A stretch of 13,051 nt of DNA from positions 1-13,051 of the forward strand of contig JBGSRK010000015.1 of NCBI GenBank assembly GCA_041737595.1, read 5' to 3'. The DNA comes from Patescibacteria group bacterium. GTDB taxonomy: Bacteria > Patescibacteriota > CPR2 > UBA1875. Positions 8,734 to 13,051 of the stretch are shown one piece after another (position 1 is the first letter of the stretch; each line of letters opens with the position of its first letter). The translations under genes and the position numbers were made by a program. The notes under the pieces are model-generated. The model ran no database searches, was not told the DNA's origin, and saw only the letters and a program-made list of their open reading frames with translations.

Positions 8734-9228
8734 TTATCTATTCATTCCGCCACCGCGATGCATTCCTCCGCCAAATCCACCACCTTGTCCTTCTGGTTCT
8801 GGCAAGATTGATTCATCTATACCTTCTGATTCAAGAAAATCATGCATTTCAGTTCTTAATTCTTGCATTTTTTCTCCACGTTCTCCATTTGCAAGAGTTC
8901 TTACTTCTTCTCTTTTTGTTTGCATTTCTTCATGTTTTGCAAGAATAGCTATTTTTTGAGCCTCTGTTATTTTACCGTCAGTAACGGCTTTATTAAGGGC
9001 ATCAGTATAAGCAACTTCTCTTTCTTCATGATTTTGTTCTCTGTCTTCATCTAATACCGCTTTTACTTCATCGGTATTAAGATTAAATTTTTCTACTATT
9101 GCCTGTACTCCTCTTGGAAAAGTATTTGTAGAATCTGTAGCTGCTTTAACTGCTCCGACTCCGTAAAGCCCAGATATAACAGTTGCTCCGGCGACTAATC
9201 CTAACGCAATTTTTTGTTTAGTTGTCAT
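8734..9228 (-). CDS. Secreted, highly charged alpha-helical protein with a Gly/Met-rich tail (Spy/ZraP-like architecture; function unknown)
   Basis: Start moved from 9246 to ATG 9228 because the SD AAAGGAG lies at 9234-9240. Signal peptide MTTKQKIALGLVAGATVISGLYGVGAVKA; motif AVTDGKITEAQ; tail GGGFGGGMHRGGGMNR. Confidence 0.8.
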   Translation of the reverse strand: MTTKQKIALGLVAGATVISGLYGVGAVKAATDSTNTFPRGVQAIVEKFNLNTDEVKAVLDEDREQNHEEREVAYTDALNKAVTDGKITEAQKIAILAKHEEMQTKREEVRTLANGERGEKMQELRTEMHDFLESEGIDESILPEPEGQGGGFGGGMHRGGGMNR

Positions 9229-9281
9229 TTTTACTCCTTTTAACACTCGTCAGTGTAGTTTAATATTTGGTACCTACACTA

Positions 9282-9312
9282 ATACTACAAATGACTTAAT
9301 TAAAATCTTTCA
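9282..9312 (-). promoter_or_regulatory. Putative ECF sigma promoter of the secreted-protein gene
   Basis: TGAAAGAT(9312-9305)-N15-TGTAGTAT(9289-9282); boxes and spacing identical to 10405-10435. Confidence 0.8.
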
Positions 9313-9835
9313 TATTTTCTGGCGCCTCAGGAGCATATGGAAGCAACATTCTTCGTTTACCTGGGTTTAACCTACGCCCTTCACCAGGAACAAATTTTCT
9401 TTGACCTTCTTCATAAAATCTCTGAAAGTGAGGTGACTCTTCAAGATTTTCATTAAGTTTTGTTGCTGATGCAAACCCACCCAAAATTACAATCCCAAGG
9501 CTAATAATAATTACTGTCCATAATAGATTTTTTTTATAACCACCTTCGTATTTTTTATATATATAAATAAGAACTCCAATAATTAAAGCTCCAATTAATA
9601 CTAACCCCCAAGGTATTGAATCAAAAATTACTGGTGGGGTTGGTCCAACACCTAATACTCCAGCTCTTCGAGGTAAATAGAATGAAAGATTAAATATATA
9701 AATAGCAGAAATCCCCAAAAAAATACTTAATACTAAAAATAACATCTTAATAAATTTAAAGAAGTTTTTTGAACGGACTTTAATGTCGTTTTTTTTGATT
9801 TTTTCTAATATCTCTTTTTTTAAGTCTTTGTTCAT
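9296..9835 (-). CDS. Membrane protein with 3 predicted TM segments; putative anti-sigma factor
   Basis: ATGA overlap with the sigma gene stop codon; short basic N-terminus followed by three hydrophobic segments. Confidence 0.7.
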   Translation of the reverse strand: MNKDLKKEILEKIKKNDIKVRSKNFFKFIKMLFLVLSIFLGISAIYIFNLSFYLPRRAGVLGVGPTPPVIFDSIPWGLVLIGALIIGVLIYIYKKYEGGYKKNLLWTVIIISLGIVILGGFASATKLNENLEESPHFQRFYEEGQRKFVPGEGRRLNPGKRRMLLPYAPEAPENMKDFN

Positions 9836-10398
9836 AAATAATCCTCTACATTAATATTTAATTTTCTTTTTAATATCTCAAGTCCTCGCTTAACCCTTAC
9901 ACCAACTGTGTTTTTTGGGATTTCTAGAATATCTGATATCTCTTCATATGATTTATCCTCAAAATATCTGAGCATTATTACCTCTCTATATTTAATACTC
10001 ATTTTCTCAACATTTTTTTTCAGCTTTTTCTTAATATCATCTGAATCGATATCTTTTTCTATCTTTTCAGCATTATTATCTTCATCAACCATCTCTTTAA
10101 TTTCTGAAAGACCGACTAAAATTTTCTTCTTTCTTAATTCATTTAAAGCTTTATTATGAGCTATTCTATATATCCAAGATGAAAATTTTCTGGTCAGATC
10201 AAAAGAATTTATATTTTTATAAACAGATATAAATACTTCCTGAAGGACATCATTAGCTTCTTCTGAATCTCTTGTAATTAAAAGTACATAACGTTCGAGT
10301 TTTTTTTGATAGCGATCGATAATTTCTTCGATTCCATCTCCCCCGTTTTCTTGCATAAAAGACGCCAACTTCTCATCTGAAAGCTTTGATAATTCCAT
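9832..10398 (-). CDS. ECF-family RNA polymerase sigma-70 factor (SigW/RpoE-like)
   Basis: 188 aa. Region 2: EEANDVLQEVFISVYKNINSFD...FSSWIYRIAHNKALNELRK. Region 4: YREVIMLRYFEDKSYEEISDILEIPKNTVGVRVKRG. Confidence 0.95.
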   Translation of the reverse strand: MELSKLSDEKLASFMQENGGDGIEEIIDRYQKKLERYVLLITRDSEEANDVLQEVFISVYKNINSFDLTRKFSSWIYRIAHNKALNELRKKKILVGLSEIKEMVDEDNNAEKIEKDIDSDDIKKKLKKNVEKMSIKYREVIMLRYFEDKSYEEISDILEIPKNTVGVRVKRGLEILKRKLNINVEDYL

Positions 10399-10404
10399 AT
10401 ATCT

Positions 10405-10435
10405 ATACTACACCATTATTTAATATTATCTTTCA
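10405..10435 (-). promoter_or_regulatory. Putative autoregulatory ECF promoter giving a leaderless transcript
   Basis: TGAAAGAT(10435-10428)-N15-TGTAGTAT(10412-10405). Only 6 nt separate it from the ATG at 10398, and there is no SD. Confidence 0.8.
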
Positions 10436-11082
10436 ATAAATATTGCTGTTTTACGCCAAATCTTAATGAATTCTTCTTTATTTATATACTTATTCTTTAG
10501 CTCTAACCGATCTTTGCTATTTTTTTTCGGATTATTTGGATCATTTAAATATATTCCAACTATATTATTATTTTCAAATTTATACCCAGTTAATACAACT
10601 AGATGTGGGTTATTCTTTTTACCTAAATTTTTATTTATACTTATAATTATTGGAATTTCCAAATCTATGCTTTTTTTAATTGTATATAACGATTCACTAA
10701 TCACTTGTTCTTTATATAAAATAATTGATTTAGCATTATGGTTCTCATTTACAATATTTTGTATATCGCTTGGTCTTATTAAATATGAATGTCTGAATGA
10801 TTTAAATCCAAATTCTTGGATTGTTTGAACTAGTCTCGAATGAATCCAACCATAGTCTTTTCTTTGACCCAATTGAAGTCTGTAAGCTCTATTCTTTAGA
10901 GATGATTTTATTAATAAATTTAATGGGATTCTTTTTTTGTTATATTTATCAGATAAATAATCAAGAATCATTTTTACTGAAACAATACCACAAGAACGTC
11001 TTTTAAAAACTTTAATATGCTCTTTTGAGCCATCGATCTCCTCAAATTCAGAATAATATGGAATATTAATTATTTTTTTCAT
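10426..11082 (-). CDS. Peptidase C39-like family protein
   Basis: IPYYSE...RSCGIVSVKM (catalytic Cys), PIIISI...PHLVVLTGY (His), YLNDP (Asp). ATG 11082 preferred over TTG 11085; TATAAT lies at 11095-11090. Confidence 0.8.
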   Translation of the reverse strand: MKKIINIPYYSEFEEIDGSKEHIKVFKRRSCGIVSVKMILDYLSDKYNKKRIPLNLLIKSSLKNRAYRLQLGQRKDYGWIHSRLVQTIQEFGFKSFRHSYLIRPSDIQNIVNENHNAKSIILYKEQVISESLYTIKKSIDLEIPIIISINKNLGKKNNPHLVVLTGYKFENNNIVGIYLNDPNNPKKNSKDRLELKNKYINKEEFIKIWRKTAIFIER

Positions 11083-11176
11083 CAAAATTATTATAACTCA
11101 ATCTAGAAATATTAGCTTTAAAATGATAGAATATTCGAGCTGTTTTCTAAATATATTATATTAATTAAATAGTTTT

Positions 11177-11252
11177 GGGCCTGTGGCGCAGTTGGTAGCG
11201 CGCCTCCATGGCATGGAGGAGGTCAGGAGTTCGAATCTCCTCAGGTCCACCA
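11177..11252 (+). tRNA. tRNA-Ala (anticodon GGC)
   Basis: 76-nt cloverleaf. Acceptor GGGCCTG/CAGGTCC with the G3:U70 Ala identity pair; anticodon arm CCTCC-ATGGCAT-GGAGG; T-arm AGGAG-TTCGAAT-CTCCT; encoded CCA. Confidence 0.98.
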
Positions 11253-11269
11253 TAAAAAATTTCGACCCA

Positions 11270-11382
11270 TTTCAGCAGCTTTATCACCACCCGAAAATCG
11301 GGCTTCAGCGGGCAAGTTCAAGAGTAAATCGTACGGTTTGACGAAATCAAGCAAGAGCTGTCCGCCTGTTGAAATGCGGTTC
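11270..11382 (-). repeat. Inverted copy of the recombinase 3' region (left arm)
   Basis: Reverse complement matches 12939-13051 at 112/113 positions; the mismatch is 11371 G versus 12950 T. Confidence 0.97.
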
Positions 11383-11462
11383 CTGGGCGGTAGCACAGAA
11401 AGGATGAAAGTATATTACAATTATTCACTCAATATACCGAGTCCTTTGAGCCGTAAGGTTCC

Positions 11463-11482
11463 CTCGCCTCAAAAGAGGCGAG
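11463..11482. other. 8-bp perfect hairpin upstream of the recombinase
   Basis: CTCGCCTC-AAAA-GAGGCGAG, followed by ATTTT. Confidence 0.6.
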
Positions 11483-11562
11483 ATTTTGGCCAGATTCCAT
11501 TGTCGGTGTAATAAGAATGCATTTGGAAGCGATAAAATATACAAACAAACGAGGAGGGATTT

Positions 11563-13051
11563 ATGCTAAAATTTTTCATCTATTGCAGAAAGTCGTCCGA
11601 GGAGGAAGAACGGCAGATTTTATCGATCGAGGCCCAGCTCCAAGAACTGCGAGACTATGCTAAACAAAATGATCTTTTGGTTACAAAAGAATTCACTGAA
11701 AGCCGAACAGCTAAGGAGCCGGGGCGACCGATTTTCAATCAAATGCTTTCAGAAATGGAAGAAGGTCATGCTACGGGTATTTTGGCTTGGAACCCTGACC
11801 GCCTAGCTCGCAACTCTATTGATGGCGGGAAGGTGATCTATCTTGTTGACGAGGGCAAAATAGAAGCCTTGAAGTTTCCGACTTTCTGGTTTGATACAAC
11901 TCCACAAGGAAAGTTCATGTTGAGTGTGGCCTTCGGACAGGCCAAGTATTACACCGACAATTTGCGCGAAAACATTTTGCGAGGAATCAGGCAGAAGCTA
12001 AGGCGAGGCGAGTTCCCCTCCAAGGCTCCCCTAGGCTACTACAATGAGCCGAGACGAAGAACAATCGAGCCTGACAAGGAAACCTTCACAAAGATGAAAA
12101 AAGCCCTTCAGCTCTACGCTGAGGGCAACCATACCCTATCTGGGATCCGAGACGAAATGTTTTCAGCGGGCTTGGTTTCAAAAACTGGAAAACCGATACA
12201 CCTCTCGACTGTTCATGGTTTTCTCAAGAATCCATTCTACTATGGTATGTTTTTCTATCGTGGCGAACTCCAGCAAGGGAGCCACCAGCCGATGATCACA
12301 AAGAAGCTCTATGACAAAATCCAAGTAGCCATGCACGACAACGGCAAGCCCCGCAAAAAGACTGATCCGAAGGGCTTCCCATTTCTAGGCTTCGCGAGGT
12401 GCGGGGCATGTGGGTATATGATAACTGCGGAACGCCACACAAAACCGAGTGGCCGCGAGTATGTATATTATCGCTGTACCAAGAAGAGCAAAGCCCAGAA
12501 ATGCTCCGAGCCGAGCTTTTTGCGGGATGAAGTGCTGGCCGATCAAGTCACAGAAAGATGTCAAAGAGCTTCTATCCCCGACGAATGGAGAGACAAATTC
12601 CTAGAAAAAGTAGCCCTCTGGGAACAAGAACAAAATGACTCGACAGGCGTTATGAGTGGGAAGCTCAAGGATAAGCTCCGAGAGATAGGCATTAAACTAG
12701 ATAGACTCTCAAATGGCTATCTTGAAGGGGCTTATGAGCTTCCAGAATATCACCTAAAGAAAAACAATCTAACCGAACAAAAGAAGGATCTGGAAGAGAA
12801 GTTATCCGATTTTGAGCGGAAAGGTAATCATCGGCTCGAACTTTTGAAAAACTGGATTCTTGAAGCCAACCAAGCGGGAAATCTGGCCAAAACAAAAAAT
12901 TTCCCACTGATGAGAAATTTTTTGAAAACCGTCGGCTCGAACCGCATTTTAACAGGCGGACAGCTCTTGCTTGATTTCGTCAAACCGTACGATTTACTCT
13001 TGAACTTGCCCGCTGAAGCCCGATTTTCGGGTGGTGATAAAGCTGCTGAAA
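11563..13051 (+). CDS. Large serine recombinase (resolvase, recombinase, Zn-ribbon and coiled-coil regions); 3' partial
   Basis: SD GAGGAGG at 11551-11557. MLKFFIYCRKSSEEEERQILSIEAQ (catalytic Ser), GRPIFNQM, AWNPDRLARN, APLGY, LKNPFYYG, GSHQPMI, Zn ribbon CGACG...YYRCTKK...KC. Stop-free for 496 codons to the window edge. Confidence 0.96.
   Translation, partial: MLKFFIYCRKSSEEEERQILSIEAQLQELRDYAKQNDLLVTKEFTESRTAKEPGRPIFNQMLSEMEEGHATGILAWNPDRLARNSIDGGKVIYLVDEGKIEALKFPTFWFDTTPQGKFMLSVAFGQAKYYTDNLRENILRGIRQKLRRGEFPSKAPLGYYNEPRRRTIEPDKETFTKMKKALQLYAEGNHTLSGIRDEMFSAGLVSKTGKPIHLSTVHGFLKNPFYYGMFFYRGELQQGSHQPMITKKLYDKIQVAMHDNGKPRKKTDPKGFPFLGFARCGACGYMITAERHTKPSGREYVYYRCTKKSKAQKCSEPSFLRDEVLADQVTERCQRASIPDEWRDKFLEKVALWEQEQNDSTGVMSGKLKDKLREIGIKLDRLSNGYLEGAYELPEYHLKKNNLTEQKKDLEEKLSDFERKGNHRLELLKNWILEANQAGNLAKTKNFPLMRNFLKTVGSNRILTGGQLLLDFVKPYDLLLNLPAEARFSGGDKAAE
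12939..13051 (+). repeat. Right arm of the inverted repeat, inside the recombinase CDS; truncated by the window edge
   Basis: Reverse complement of 11270-11382. Confidence 0.97.

Larger units (their letters stand above)
11253..13051. mobile_element. tRNA-Ala-associated island carrying a large serine recombinase (partial)
   Basis: Begins at the tRNA 3' end, is visibly more GC-rich than the upstream genes (by eye), and encodes a recombinase. Confidence 0.7.

Noticed and set aside
5842-11006. Small ORFs overlapping leuS, the secreted protein, the sigma and the peptidase genes
   Set aside because: They lie within well-supported genes and have the composition of shadow frames.
12692-12907. 71-aa minus-strand ORF
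   Set aside because: Antisense to the recombinase CDS, with no independent support.
12934-12943. GGCTCGAACC resembling the antisense of a tRNA T-arm (possible attP core)
   Set aside because: Only TCGAAC matches this tRNA-Ala, and the sequence also encodes Gly-Ser-Asn; too short to support.
11270-13051. DGR template/variable repeat pair
   Set aside because: No reverse transcriptase in the window, and a single mismatch gives no adenine-specific pattern.
1-13051. CRISPR array or alternative genetic code (TGA=Gly)
   Set aside because: No regularly spaced repeats. The long Gly-rich ORFs contain no in-frame TGA, and TGA ends the sigma gene in an ATGA overlap.

Overview
AT-rich bacterial chromosomal segment, probably Patescibacteria/CPR (inferred from gene types and palindrome style; standard genetic code). 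The minus strand carries, in transcription order: a C39-like peptidase; an ECF sigma factor; a membrane anti-sigma candidate; a secreted helical protein; leuS with an inserted Nudix domain; and a giant surface protein whose frame breaks at a G9 tract and continues in another frame past the left edge. The plus strand carries tRNA-Ala(GGC) followed by a more GC-rich island encoding a large serine recombinase, which is missing from the ORF track because it runs off the right edge. Three observations stand out. (1) A 113-bp inverted copy (112/113 identical) of the recombinase's own 3' end sits just after the tRNA and, read in frame, stops inside the tRNA; this suggests a self-inverting recombinase cassette, or an assembly/MDA artefact. 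(2) The motif TGAAAGAT-N15-TGTAGTAT occurs identically before the ECF sigma gene and its likely target gene. (3) The poly-G tract in the giant surface protein is a candidate phase-variation switch.
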